DNA of 64,000 bases from the human T2T-CHM13v2.0 reference genome, Homo sapiens. The position numbers were made by a program, and so were the translations under genes. The notes below the pieces were generated by a model. It saw only the letters and a list, made by a program, of their open reading frames with translations, searched no databases and was not told where the DNA came from. The stretch is from NCBI RefSeq assembly GCF_009914755.1, contig NC_060927.1; one strand, 5' to 3'. Below are positions 44,535-59,509 of this stretch, one piece after another; within the stretch, counting starts at the first letter, position 1; every line of letters starts with the position of its first letter.

Positions 44535-46149
44535 TATTTATTTATCTATAGGAGAATTTCTTACAGATATTCAGCAGTATCAGCATTAATAATGCTTGTA
44601 ATATTTAAGAACACTTAATTTAACCAAGTTCTAAGAGAATAGCTGCATCTATTATATTCTCTATAGCTATACCTGAGAGTTTCTACACCCATCCCTGCTA
44701 GTACTTTGAATAATTTGTCTCAATTTTTTGATAATTTAATTGGCATAAAATGTTTCATTGTTTTGGCTTGCTCTACTCTGATTACTGGTGGTTTTGATCA
44801 TCTATTCATATTCCTATTTGCCTTTTGGATTTCTTTCTCTGTATCTACCATTTGTGCAAATATTTGCCCCTAAATTTTTTAAGTGGAAATTCTCATTTTA
44901 TGCTTACCAGTTTGCAGGAATCTCTTGTGTTTCTTCCCAACAGTTTCAGAAATTGCAAATATTTTTCCACAATGTATTCTAGGTCTGTAAACTTTGTCTA
45001 TAATGTTATTTATTAAAGGAGTTATTAAGGCACTAAGAAGATATTAGTTTTGATATTATTAGCAGTTGCTTTTTCTAAGAGTTTGTATTTTAAAATTTAG
45101 GAAATCCTTTTTTGTTTTTATTTTATAAAATATATATTTCAAAGCTTAATATTATAATTACATTGACATTTAGGTTACATTTAGATTGTTATTCCCTTTA
45201 TGATTAATCTGTGTATCTACTATTAGGAGATTTTAAGTATTTCCCTTTTTTCCAAAACAATTTACTACATCTGTTCTTTAATAATTTTTAGATTACATTT
45301 ATTACATATTATTCATTATTATACATGTAATTATATTTCTTAGTTGGCTTCTTATTGGTTCTGTTGGTCTGTTTATCTGCTTCTGTGCCATTTCCACAAA
45401 ATTGTTGTTCGTTTTGGTTGTCTGTAATCAGGAAAGTAATCTCTCTCCCTCTCGTTTTCTTGTTAATTTTTTCAAGATTAATTAATCTGTATATGGACCT
45501 TTATTTTCTGTATAGGATATGTTATGTGAGAACACTTGAAAATCAAATTGGAATTTTGATGAGATTGCTATTCGGTATAATTTACCTAATATAATAGAAT
45601 AATATAATTAACCTAGTATAATTAATCTATATAATATTAATTTTATCTAAGTGTTTGAATTGACTCTTCTTTTATTATGAGCATTTTCTATGAAATTTTT
45701 GACAGTTTAAATCTTTTCTGCATAGATATTTACACATTTATTTTTGTATTAACTTGTAGGAACTTGATAGGTTTTGCTAATATAGCAGTCTCATTTTGTT
45801 ATTATATTCCATAAATGGTAATTAATTATGAACAGATATACTATTACATTTATAAGTTGATCTTGTGTCTGCTAATGTCATTGAACTCATCAGGTGTAAT
45901 AGTTTTTCTATTGATTGATATAGGTAAATGATAATAGTCTGCAAATAACAACAATCTTAATTCTACTCTTAAGGTAATTAAACCTATGACTTATTTATTT
46001 CCAAAAAACTTTGTCCATAATTTTGGTGCTGTTAGTAATGGAAGAGCATGTTTCCTTTTATTATTTTAATTGTTGCTGGATGTTTTGTTAGTTTTTTAAG
46101 GCTTTTTTTTTTCAACTCAATGGAAAACACATGAAATTTTTCCATTACA

Positions 46150-46586
46150 TTTGTTTTTGTTTTTTAATTAATTAACTTTAATTTTTAGAGCCACTTTATG
46201 TTCACAGCAAAATTGAATAGAGTACAGAAAGGTCCTGTATAACCCCTTCCCCTACTCATGCACAGTCTTGCCCACTATTGACATTGTGCACCAGAGTGGT
46301 TCATTTGTGATTAGTGATTATCTTATACTGACACATCACCATCACCACTCAAAGTTCATAGTTTACATTAGGGTTAACTTTTAGAGCTGTACTTTCTATG
46401 GGTTTTGACAAATGTATAATGACACACATGTACTACTGTAATATTGTGCAATATAGTTTCCCTAACCTAAAACTCCCCTATGTCCTCCCTCCTCAGTAAC
46501 CTTTGACAACCATTACGTTTTTATTATCTTCATAGTTTTGCATTTTCCAGGATTTCATATAGTTGGAGTCATGCATTATGTAGCCA
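46150..46586 (-). mobile_element. L1MC-like 3' end (appears to resume at ~49620-49880)
   Basis: gttcacagcaaaattga...caccagagtggt...catagtttacattagggtt. Confidence 0.75.
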
Positions 46587-46655
46587 TATTAAAGTTCTCC
46601 AGAAAACCAGAACCAATGAGATAGATTAGATATATACATATAGATAGATAGATAA

Positions 46656-46689
<34 letters not shown>

Positions 46690-47105
46690 TGATTTATTGT
46701 GAGGAACTGGGAATCTCACAATGGAATTACACAATTATGGAGACCAAGAAGAAGTTCCACAATATGCCTTCAGCAAAGTGGTATGTAATTCAGCCCTGTT
46801 CTGAAGGCCTGCAAATCAGGGGAGCTGATGTAAAATCAAGTCCGAGGGCAGGAGAAGATATTTCCCAGCTAAAGTCATGAGTAAGGAATAAAGGGGTATT
46901 CCTTCTTTCTCTGCCTTTTGTTCTCTTCAGGCCCTCAATGCATTAGATGATGTCCAACCACATTGGGGAGGAAAATCTGCTTTATTAAATCTATTGATTC
47001 AAATGCTAATCTCACCCAGAAATACCTTCACAATCACATCCAGAAACAATGTTTCATATTAGCACCCCATGGCCCACTCAAGTTGATACATAAAAGTAAT
47101 CATCA
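46587..47105 (-). mobile_element. MLT2 (ERVL) LTR
   Basis: gttctccagaaaaccagaaccaat...caagttgatacataaaagtaatcatca. Confidence 0.85.
46641..46689. repeat. (TAGA)3 TAAA (TAGA)8 microsatellite
   Basis: Read directly from the sequence. Confidence 0.95.
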
Positions 47106-49620
47106 AATGCAATCAAATTAGAACTCGGGATTAAGAAACTCACTCAAAACCACACAACTATATGGAAACTGAACAACCTGCTCCTGAATGAATACTGGGT
47201 AAATACGAAATTAAGGCAGAAATAAATAAATTCTTTGGAACCAATGAGAACAAAGGCACAATGTACCAGAATATCTGGGGCATAGCTAAAGCAGTGTTAA
47301 GAGGGAAATTTACAGCACTAAATGCCCACATCAGAAAGCAGGAAAGATCTAAAATTGACAACCTAAGATCACAGTTGAAAGAACTAGAGAAGCAAGAGCA
47401 AACAAATTCAAAAGCTAGCAGAAGACAAGAAATAACTAAGATCAGAGCAGAACTGAAGGAGATAGAGACACGAAAAACCCTTCAAAAAATCAGTGAATCA
47501 AGGAGCTGGATTTTGAAAAGATTAACAAAACAGACTGCTAGCCAGACTAATAAAGAAAAGAGAGAAGAATCAAATAGACATAATGAAAAACAATAAAGGG
47601 GATATTACCACTGATTCGCACAAAAATACAAACTACCTTTAGAGAATACTATAAATACCTCTATGCAAATGAATGATAAAATCTAGAAGAAATAGATAAA
47701 TTCCTGGACAGGTACACACTTCCAAGACTAAACCAGAAAGAAGTCGAATCCCTAAACAGACCAATAACAAGTTCTGAAATTGAGGTAGGAATTAATAGCC
47801 TAACAACCAAAAAAAGCCCATGACCAGATGGATTCATAGCTGAATTCTACCAGAGGTACAAAGAGGAGCTGGTACCATTCCTTCTGAAACTATTGCAAAC
47901 AATAGAAAAAGAGAGACTCCTCCCTAACTCATTTTATGAGGTCAACATCATCCTGGTACCAAAGCCTGGCAGAGACACCACAAAAAAAGAAAATTTCAGG
48001 CCAATATTCCTGATGAACACCAGTGAAAAAATCCTTAATCAAATACTGACAAACCAAATCCAGCAGCACATCAAAAAGCTTATCCACCGCAATCAAGTCA
48101 GCTTAGTCTCTGGGAGGAAAGGCTGGTTCAACATACACAAATAAATAAACGTAATCCATCACATAAACAGAACCAATGACAAAAACCACATAATTATCAA
48201 TAGATGCAGAAAAGGTCTTTGATAAAATTCAACACCCCCTCATGCTAAAAACTCTCAATAAACTAGGTATTGATAGAACATATATCAAAGTACTAAGAGC
48301 TATTTATGACAAACCCATAGATAATATACCGAATGGGCAAAAGCTGGAAGCATTTCCTTTGAAAACCGGCACAAGACAAGGATGCCCTATCTCACCACTC
48401 CTATTCAACATAATATTGAAAGTTCTGGCCAGGGCAACCAGGCAAGAGAAGGAAATAAAGCGTATTAAAATAGGAAGAGAGGAAGTCAAATTCTGTCTGT
48501 TTGCAGATGACATGATTGTATTTTTTGACAACCCCATCATCTCAGCCCCAAATCTCCTTAAGCTGATAAGCAACTTCAGCAAAGTCTAAGGATACAAAAT
48601 CAATGTGCAAAAATCACAAGCATTCCTATACACCAATAATAGACAAACAGCCAAACCATGAGTGGACTCCCATTCACAATTGCTACAAAGAAAATAAAAT
48701 ACATAGGAATAAACTTACAAGGGACATGAGGGACCTCGTCAAGGAGAACTACATACCACCATGTAAGAAAATAAGAGAGGACACAAACAAATGGAAAAAC
48801 ATTCCACGCTCATGAATAGGAAGAATCAATATCGTGAAAACGGCCATGCTGCCCAAAGGAATTTATAGATTCAGTGCTATCCCCATCAAGCTACCATTGA
48901 CTTTCTTCACACAACTAGAAAAAACTACTTTAAATTTCATATGGAACCGAAAAAGAGCCTGTATAGCCAAGACAATCCTAAGCAAAAGAACATAGCTGGA
49001 GGTGTCACATTACCTGACTTCAAACTATACTCCAAGGCTACAGTAACCAAACAGCATGGTACTGGTACCAAAACAGATACGTAGACCAATGGAATAGAAC
49101 AGAGACCTCAGAAATAATACTACACATCTACAACCATATGTTATTCAACAAACCTGGCAAAAATAAGCAATGAGGAACGTATTCCCTATTTAATAAATGG
49201 TGTTGAGAAAACTGGCTAGCCATATGCAGAAAACTGAAACTGGACCCCTTCCTTATACTTTATACAAAAATTAACTCAAGAAAGATTAAAGACTGAAATG
49301 TAAAACCTAAAACCATAAAACCCCTAGAAGAAGACCTAGGCAATACCATTCAGGACATAGGCATGGGCAAAGACTTCATGACTAAAACACCAAAAACAGT
49401 GGGAACAAAAGCCAAAATTGACAAATGGGATCTAATTAACTAAGAGTTTCTGCACAGCAAAAGAAACTATCTTCACAGTGAACAAGCAACCTACAGAATG
49501 GTAGAAAATTTTTGCAATCTATCCATCTGACAAAGGTGTAATATCCAGAATCTACAAGGAACTTAAACAAATTCACAAAAAAAAAAAAAAGCAAAAAACA
49601 ACCCTATCATAAAGTGAGCA
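47106..49620 (+). mobile_element. L1PA (~PA7-8) ORF2 fragment lacking 3'UTR/polyA
   Basis: ORFs at 47261, 47893 and 48242 ([17 protein letters not shown]) are ORF2 pieces. Confidence 0.9.
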
Positions 49621-49956
49621 GACATTTTTGTCTTCTTTTTTTAAATTGGATTAAATTTTTAACTTGGATTCTTTTCTCATTTTTTAATTGGATTACTTTC
49701 TTATTGTTATGTTTTAAGTCTTCTTTATATATTTTTGATAATAGTCTTATATCAGACGTGTCTTCGCAAATATTTTCTCCCAGTCTTTGGCTTGTCTTCT
49801 AATTATCTTACATTGTTTTTAACAGAGTAGAGTTTTCAATTTAAATAAATTCTAGATTAAGCATAATTCCTTTCTACATTTTTATAGGTTAAATTGGCTT
49901 CTTACAGTCATTTAAAACTTATTTAGTGTATGTTCTCGACCTATATCAACTGTTTT

Positions 49957-50273
49957 TTTTTTTATTTATTTTTTAAAGTTGAGTTTTGCTCTTGTTGCCC
50001 AGGCCGGAGTGCAATGGTGTGATCTCAGCTCACCGAAACCTCTGCCCACCGCAACCTCTGCCTCACAGGGTTCAAGCGATCCTCCTGCCTTAGCCTCCTG
50101 AGTAGCTGGGATTACAGACATGCACCACCACACCCAGCTAATTTTGTATTTTTAGTAGAGATGGGGTTTCTCTATGTTGGTCAGGCTGGTCTTAAACTCC
50201 TGGCCTCAGGTGATCCTCCTGACTCAGCCTCCCGAAGTGCTGGGATTACAGGTGTGAGCCACTGCACCTGGCC
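49957..50273 (-). mobile_element. AluSp-like
   Basis: gctcttgttgccc, gtttctctatgttggtcagg; TSD tat(c/a)aactg(t/c)ttt. Confidence 0.9.
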
Positions 50274-50886
50274 TATAAACTGCTTTAATTAAGCATGTTT
50301 TTCTTTGACTTAGATGAAAATGAAGCATTGCTATCAAGAATATTTTTGGTTATTAAAACAGAAATAATCTCTTTTATATACATGAGGGTTTTTTTGACAT
50401 TTATAATTCCTGGACTTTATTTTACATTATATAACTGAACAAAATGCAATAAAAATTCAGGATCTAATAAGTGGCAACATCTCAATATCCACAGAATTTT
50501 CATATTTATCCAGGTAGAATTGATAAACAGAAAATTCCACAAGAACCATAAATTATTTAACACATACACACACACACTCAAATTTAGGACAAATCATTTT
50601 TTAAATTTTAGTATTATTATACTAATTAGATTTGGACATTATTTACATATTATATGTAAAAACATTACTCCTTTAACTGATTAAGTCTCATTCTTATTAC
50701 CATTAATTTACATTTTGATCTCAATTTCTAAGTGAAAGTAAAATAAAAAAAGAGTGATTTGTATCATATAGGCAGCCCTTCCTATAAACACCATAAACAA
50801 TAAAAATTTAATATGTGCCAAATCTACCAACTTGGTTTGATTTATTGGTTATTTATTAGAAAGAACTATTTAAAGATGGAAAAATG

Positions 50887-51156
50887 GGCTGGGCATGGTG
50901 GCCCACCCCTGTAATCCCAACACTTTAGGAGGCCACGGTGGCCGGATCATGAGGTCAGGAGTTGGATACCAGAATGACCAATATGGTGAAACCCCGTCTC
51001 TAGTAAAAATACAAAAATTAGCCAAGCGTGGTGATGCATGCCTGTAATCACAGCTACCCGTGAGGCTGAGGCAGGAGAATTGCTTGAACCCAGGAGGCTG
51101 AGGTTGCAATGAGCCGAGATCGCGCCACTGCACAGGGCGAGACTCTCTCTCAAAAA
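50887..51156 (+). mobile_element. AluSg-like
   Basis: ggatcatgaggtcaggagtt; TSD aaaga(t/a)ggaaaaatg at 50872 and 51157; small 3' internal deletion. Confidence 0.88.
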
Positions 51157-52599
51157 AAAGAAGGAAAAATGGGCTTACATTTTCACCTGTATAACATTAT
51201 ATTACAAATCATATGAGAGAAAAGAGAGACATAGCATAGACATATTTGTTTTTCCTGAAAAACACAGAACATATAAACAATCAAAACTATAATTCCAGAA
51301 AACAATGTTGAAATACGGAATCTATATATATGTTAAGCTATCCATTTCTAAATATAGATATGAATTTACTAAAATTGACAGATATCTCAATAAAATTATT
51401 GATTATAAACTCAAGAAAGTATCTTATAGAAATACAAGAAATCATCACCATTACAATAAAACCAAGTATTCTGTAACTGGAAACTTCTGCTTGGATTCAT
51501 AATATCCTATAACAATATTTAATACTATACAATAATGTATGTGGCTGTCTACAATGTCCTCAGGGAGAGAATATTCTAGCAATCTTATAGCTTTTCAAAC
51601 TTTTATTGAAACATAAAGGCCACAGAAATTATTTTCAAATGTAAGAATTTAGGGAAGGTAGCTTCCATAAAATTTTCTCAAATGGTATAAGTAGGAAATT
51701 TGACACCAACTTACAAAGGACTAGAAATGTAATAATAAGTGTCAAAACACATTAAATCAATTTAACTAAAGGATTAAACTTGAATAGAATTTACCTTCTA
51801 TAAACTATGAAGACAGTGGTAAACTAAAAATGTAACTAATAAAAGTCAGGCAAAAGAGAAAATATAAGAGATTGTATAATATCAATTTCCCTATATGTCA
51901 AAGCAGAAGGTCAAAATATGGTTGTAAAATCGAATCAATTATGTAATATATTCAAGGGTATCTGAAATTTTAAAGACAACAATGAAAAGAGCTAATAAGA
52001 ATATATCCTAGTAAAATTAAGTGTTGGTAATAAGGATAATCAGAAGAAAAGGATGACACTAAATTTCATATTGTTTCTCATATGCAAAGTTCTTAAGTGA
52101 AGAGTAAATAAATGGACTGCTTTTAAGGTCACCAATAAAAGAAATAGAGATAAACTAAAATAATGCCCATCATTTAAAAGGAAAATAAAAACATGGACAA
52201 AAAATAAATAAATTCTTAGAAGACTAAATAAAAGCTATATATCTCGTAAGTATATTGCCAAATAGAATGATAGAATTCAAACTAAATATATCATTTTATA
52301 TAAATGAGATAATTTTATCTTTCAAAATTCATATATTATTTACAAAAGAAAATTCAATGGTAATGTGTCACACTGAGTCATAGCTAAAGCAAAGCTATGC
52401 AGAAGCTTGAATATTAAAATCCTAACTTTAAAAAAATCTTAAGATATTTGAGAATAGCTTCTCTGTGCTTTATAATGATGAAGAAAGCACCCCTTTAGCT
52501 AGCTTTATAATAATAAAGAAAGCACATCTTTAGATAGTTGTGTGAAACAGCCTATAACCTCCCTTAATGCATAGCACATCACCATAAGCCTCAAATTAT

Positions 52600-55500
52600 C
52601 TCAACTTTTAGATAAAATATTCAGCCCTCAATCAAAAATGACTAAACCTATAAAGAGACCTGACTGTGTGGTAGAAAATCAGGCAAAATGATAGACAACA
52701 TAAATAGGTAAACTTTGGATAAAGACAATGAAGACATCAAAATAACTGTGTTGCCTAGTTATCAGCAAAATAGAAGAGAAAATTGGTAATTTCAGCAGAA
52801 AACGGAAAACAATAAAAAGGAGCAAACAATTTTGGAACTGAAAATGTAATCATAAATATTAAGATCTATAATTTATGGATTTAATAGATTAGACCAAGCT
52901 GAGAACTGAATTATTAAATTGGAAAAAAAAAAACAGGAGAAAATATGCCAACATAGATAATGTGAGATAAATAGATAACAATGGAGATACAAACAGAAAT
53001 ATAAAATGGGAATAAAAGTCATATGGGATGAAGTAAAAATTTCTAACATATGAATATAATTGCAATTCCAGAAGAGAAAAAAATAGTAAGTAAAAGCAAT
53101 ATGGGAAAGGTATGGATATTTTCCAAAACTAGTGAAGACATTTAATCACAGCTACAAGAAATACAATAAACACCAACTATAAAACATAATGATATTTTTC
53201 AATGTCCTGGCAATCAAAAGGGTTGGGGATAAGAAAAATGCCAATAAAAATAAACAAATTAAAACAAATCCAACAATACCAAGTGAAAAGAGTCTTCACA
53301 AATAAAGCTAAAATATTTTTTCTCAATTAAGCAAATAATTAGAAATTGGAAAGCAGTGGCCTCTGCCCCTTAAAAACATTAACTACTGATGTATCCAGCC
53401 AAAGAAAATAGGAAAATAACAGAAAATATATCCCAAAGGAAGTGGAAAGGAGAAAACATTGAGGGCAGAAAGTAGTGACATAGAAAACAAATATAAAATG
53501 GAATTTATTTAAAAAAGTGATTCTTAAAGCAGATCATTAATATTGGTAAGTATATGGCTAGAATTCTCAGCTAAAATGAAAGAAGGAATAAATAGCGAAT
53601 ACAAGATTACCAGAAAAGACTAATTATACATGCTACACATATTATAAACAAGGTTATACTAATACATTTGATAATTTAGATAAAATTAATATAATCTTGG
53701 AAAATATATATACATTGAAATTGCTATAGAATCAACAGAAAATGTGAATAACACTATACTAAATTAAGAAATAGAATATATAATCACAAACGTTCTCTCT
53801 TGTCCTCTTCTTTCACACACAAGCGTCCAGGCCTATAATGTTTTATTTATGAATACTACCAAACATAAATATGTAAAGTAAGCTAAAATCTTCTTGAGGA
53901 ATTAGTTAAGAAAGTAAAAATGTCATTTTGTTTTATAGAAAAATGTAGCCTCAATACAAACAGCATGTTTTTTTCTTAAAAGAAGAGAAAATTAGAGGGC
54001 AATATTACCTATAAGATTAGAGTCAAAAATCCCTAACAAAATATTTTCAAACCAATCACAGCAATATGTAAACAATAATAATAATAAATAACAATAGATT
54101 TGCATTTGATTTATTCCAAAAGTGCTGAATTGTATGAGTTTTTAAAAAACAAAGTAAATTATTATAATAACAGAAATATTAGGAAATAAACACGATATTT
54201 TCAGTAAAGGCAGACAAATGGTCAAAATTTAATTTTCATTTACAATAAATGCTTTTGACAAACTAGAAAAAGAGGAATGTTTCATAAACTCAACTAGTAC
54301 CTGTATAGCCCTTGAAAATCTATAGCAAACATTTTATATGATAGTAAATATTTGATAGCTTCTACTCACAAGTTAAGGATAAAGCTATGGCCAATTTACT
54401 ATTTCTATTGAGCATTGTAATTAGGGCAATACAACAAAAAAGTGTATAAAAATATATAAGGATCAGAAAGAAAAAACTGTTGTGAGCTAAACTGTGTCCC
54501 CGTACCTGCCCACCAATATTTATGCTGAACGTCTAACTCCTGGTACCTCAGAATGGGACCATATTTAGGCACAGGGTCTTCACAGAGCTAATTCAGTTAA
54601 GTTGAAGTCATTGAGATAGGTCCTAATTCAATATACTTGGTGTGATCACAAAAAAAGGAAATTTGGACACAGACATATATAGAAGAAAGATGATGTGAAG
54701 ATATAGGGAGAGCACTTTTTGAACATGAAGATGTCCCCTATAAGCCAAGAGGAGAGACCTGGAGCAGTTCCTTCCCCAACAGCCCTCAGAACAAACCAGC
54801 CTCAAGATCACTATGACCTTGATCTTGAACTTCTAGTCTCCAGACTTACAGAAATATGAGAAGACATATTTCTATTGTTTAAGCTATCCAACCTATGGCA
54901 CCTTATTATGAGAAGCCTAGCAAACTAATGCATTATTTGATTATTGTACATATTGTACATTTTCATATAAAACATATACATAGGTAAATATCTAAAATAT
55001 TTCACATGTAGATTACTAAAATAAGGGGGCTTAGTTAAGATGTTACGTACAAAATTAGGAACTATTAAATTAAAATAAATCATTTTTAAAATATAATTTA
55101 AAATATAAAAGGTCAAACACTCAAGAATAAATGTTATAACTATCTGTAAAACTTCTATAAAAAAGCATAAAATATAATTTTAAAAACTTTAGCCAAAGGT
55201 TGATGTCATCATCAGAGGCTAGAAGACTCAGTTATTTTTTTCAACCACTTTATGCAAAATCATTGATGATTCTTTTTGTAAATTTAAAAACCAATTTTAT
55301 AATTTATTTGGAAAATTAAAGGGCCAATAACAGCCAAGACACTCTAGAAAAGCATATTAAGTGGATTTACTTTATCAGAAAAGAAGTGATATTTTAATCA
55401 AAGCTACAGTAATGAAAAGAAAGTGTGGTATTGGCCTAAGAATAGAATAACATATCAAAAAACAGAATAGAGTCCAGAAACATCCATCTATAAACATTTG

Positions 55501-55955
55501 AATGACAACCAAAATGGCACGACAGATTAGTGTAGAAAGGACAGGCTTTATCAAAAATGAGTCACGTTGATATAGTATTTTTTGACGTATCATGAATGTA
55601 AATTATCAGTCATGTATAAAATACAAAAGTCAGTTCTGGGGGGATTGAGGAACTATATGTGACAGGCAAAACCACAAAGATTTTAAAAGGTGAAAGAAGA
55701 ATATCATTATGGTATATGTTTAGAAAATTCTTAAGTATGTCACCAAAAGAAAAAGAAAAGCTAACAGAGAAGAAAAGAGCTGATATTTAGATCTGCACTA
55801 AAATAAAGACATTTGTTCATCAAAAGACGCTAGAGAGTGAAAAGAGAAGATATAATGGTTTATAGGTGATTAGTAACGTACCATAAAAATCACGGTCCAT
55901 ATGTGGGCAGGAATTTGGACAGCTTTAGATACAGAAGATATCTAAATAGGTAATT
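52600..55955 (+). mobile_element. Very old L1M (ORF1 then ORF2 remnants), interrupted by MLT1
   Basis: ORF1-like ttggaactgaaaat..., ORF2-like aaagctacagtaatg...gtggtattgg...cagaatagagtccagaaa. Confidence 0.65.
54478..54932 (+). mobile_element. MLT1B-like MaLR LTR
   Basis: tgttgtgagctaaactgtgtcccc...ggaaatttggacacagac...ctagcaaactaatgca. Confidence 0.85.
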
Positions 55956-55960
55956 GCCTT

Positions 55961-56765
<805 letters not shown>

Positions 56766-56819
56766 CAGAATTTTTTACAGATAGATATTTATAATAATTC
56801 AGAGATTTGTCAAAGCAGT

Positions 56820-56915
56820 TAATTTCATCTCATTTTACAGATTAGGAAATACGAGTCAACATTGTTTAGGAACTGTTCAGAATTATAGAGGCTTAAGTAA
56901 CAAATCTTTCACACG
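56820..56915 (-). mobile_element. MIR fragment
   Basis: catctcattttacagattaggaaatacgag. Confidence 0.5.
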
Positions 56916-57029
56916 AATCTTTTCTAAACTTTTATTGTCAGTTGAATGATTTGAGAATATTGCTGAAATTCAGATTCTGACTTACTACACCTGGAGTGGC
57001 ATTCACCATTCTACATTTTTTTATAATCT

Positions 57030-57893
57030 CCCAGAAATAAGACTCAGGTAAATAAAATCATAGAGGAAGAAGGAGACATTACAACTGATACTGCAGACAT
57101 TCAAAAGATTGTTAGAGACTACTGTAAACAACTATATTCCAATGAATTGGAAAACAGAGAAAAAAATGGATTAATTCCTAGATGCATACAACTGACAAAG
57201 ATGATCCATGAAGAAGTCTGAAAGCTGAACAGACCAATAACAAGTAACATGATCGAAGCCACAATAAAAAGCCAGAATAAAAGTCACAAATACCAAGATT
57301 TGGAAGCAAAGTAAGTTCCTGTCCATTAACAGACTAATGGATAAGCAAAATGTGGTGCCTTTACGTAATGAAATACTATTCAGCCATAACAATGAATGAG
57401 ATCCTATCATTTGCAAGAACATGGACAAAACTGGAGGTCATTATGTTAAGAGAAATAAGCCAGGCACAAAAAGACAAACCACATGTTCTTACTTATCTGT
57501 GGGAGCTATTAACTAAAACACTTGAACTCGTTGGGATAGAAAGCAGAATGATAATTACCAGAGCCTGGAAAAGGTCACTGGGGTTGAGAGGGTTGGGGGG
57601 TGGGAAGTGGGGATGGATAATGAGTATAAAATATAATTAGAAACAATAAATAAAATTTAGCATTTCATAGGATAATAGGGGAACTATTGTTATTAATAAT
57701 TTAACTGTAAGTTTTAAAATAACTGAAAGATTATAATTGAGTTGTTTGTAACACAAAAGATAAATGCTTGAGGGGACGAGTACCCCATTTACCCTGATGT
57801 AGTTATTATGCAATGTATGCCTGTATCAAAATGTCCCATGTACCCTATAAATATATATACTTACTATGTAGGCACAAAAACTAAAAATTAAAA
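57030..57893 (+). mobile_element. L1MA2/3-like element with a large internal ORF2 deletion
   Basis: ORF2 linker (ggagacattacaactgata...) fused at ~57285 to the ORF2 C-terminus and 3'UTR (ataaatgcttgagggg...taccccatttaccctgatg). Confidence 0.82.
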
Positions 57894-58988
57894 TGTATAT
57901 GTGAACATTTGAGTGTACACTGTGATACATCAAAAATCTTTTTGTGAACTACCTTCACTGCAGAGTGGTGTCACTCTGTGAACATTGATGTATTTAAACC
58001 TTTTAGTTCTTAATAAACAATGCAATCTGCTAAATTATATGATGTGACTGATTTGCATAAGTTTATCATTATCTGTTGAGGACTCAACCTCATTTTCGAA
58101 TGTTTGAACAAGTTCATATTATAATAAGTAAACATTAAAAATTTTAATCTACTGGTAACAGATTTTCTCAAATAAATACATTTTAGCTATAATCACAGGA
58201 TATTACGGATATCCTGCCATTTCTATCATCTAAATTTCAGTGTAATTTTGTAAAGCTCATTACTGAAAAGTAGATGGTTTACTAATTCACACTATCAAGA
58301 GTTTTCTTCATTTAGTGGATATCTTATCTATTAATACTACCCTATATGTCATATATGGTTATAAAATAAACAATGTACCCTAACATTTTAATAAGTATAA
58401 GCAAAGTTTTAGTCATTCTTATAAAACCATGCAATCTATTGATTTTATTATTATATTTTTTATGAATAGCTAGTAGATGTGACTGATTTTTCAACTATTC
58501 ATATATATTTTGGGAAATAACTTACCTACAGGAAGAAAACTGAAAGTTGTAATACTATGAATTTAATAATGGAATTAAATATTGTCAGCAGACAATAAAA
58601 GATAGATGGTATTGTTCAAAAGATATATAGAAAAATAATTTTGTTGAGAACAGAAATTCAATTTATCAACATCACAGACATAATGATATTTTATGAGACA
58701 ACTTAAGCATCTTTTTCAACGTTTTAACATAACAGTAGTAAAGAAGTTGCCTGCATTCAATACAATTGGAAGGGCACGCTATTTAAAAGGTATTGAAAAC
58801 ATAGCCATAATTTAGGTGAGGAAACAGGAAATTAAGAGGTCAGCACCAACTTGTGAAATATATTTTAGTCAATAAATGATATTGCCATATCTTGATATTA
58901 AATGAACTAAATGAATGTAAACTAGAAGTTAACTTTCTGAGAGATTATTTTTACAATAGTCACTATGGAAGTAACGAAGTTCCCATAG

Positions 58989-59317
<329 letters not shown>

Positions 59318-59509
59318 GGAAGCACCACAACATATGGGAAATTCAAAGTTGGGCTGTAAATAATCAGATGACATTGATGTATCTTTGAATATAATCAGCA
59401 TAAAAGATCGATAAAATGTGATCCTATCAGTTCGCGTCTAGATTTTACTGAATCTAACCTCTACCTGTTTATATTGTATTCAGTTAAGTATGTTCACAAA
59501 CATAATAGC

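Larger units (their letters stand above)
43680..46080 (-). mobile_element. Very old L1ME-like fragments (interrupted by MER2 and Alu)
   Basis: T-rich degenerate antisense ORF2 motifs (caaattggaattttgatgagattgc; agtctgcaaataacaac). Confidence 0.5.
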
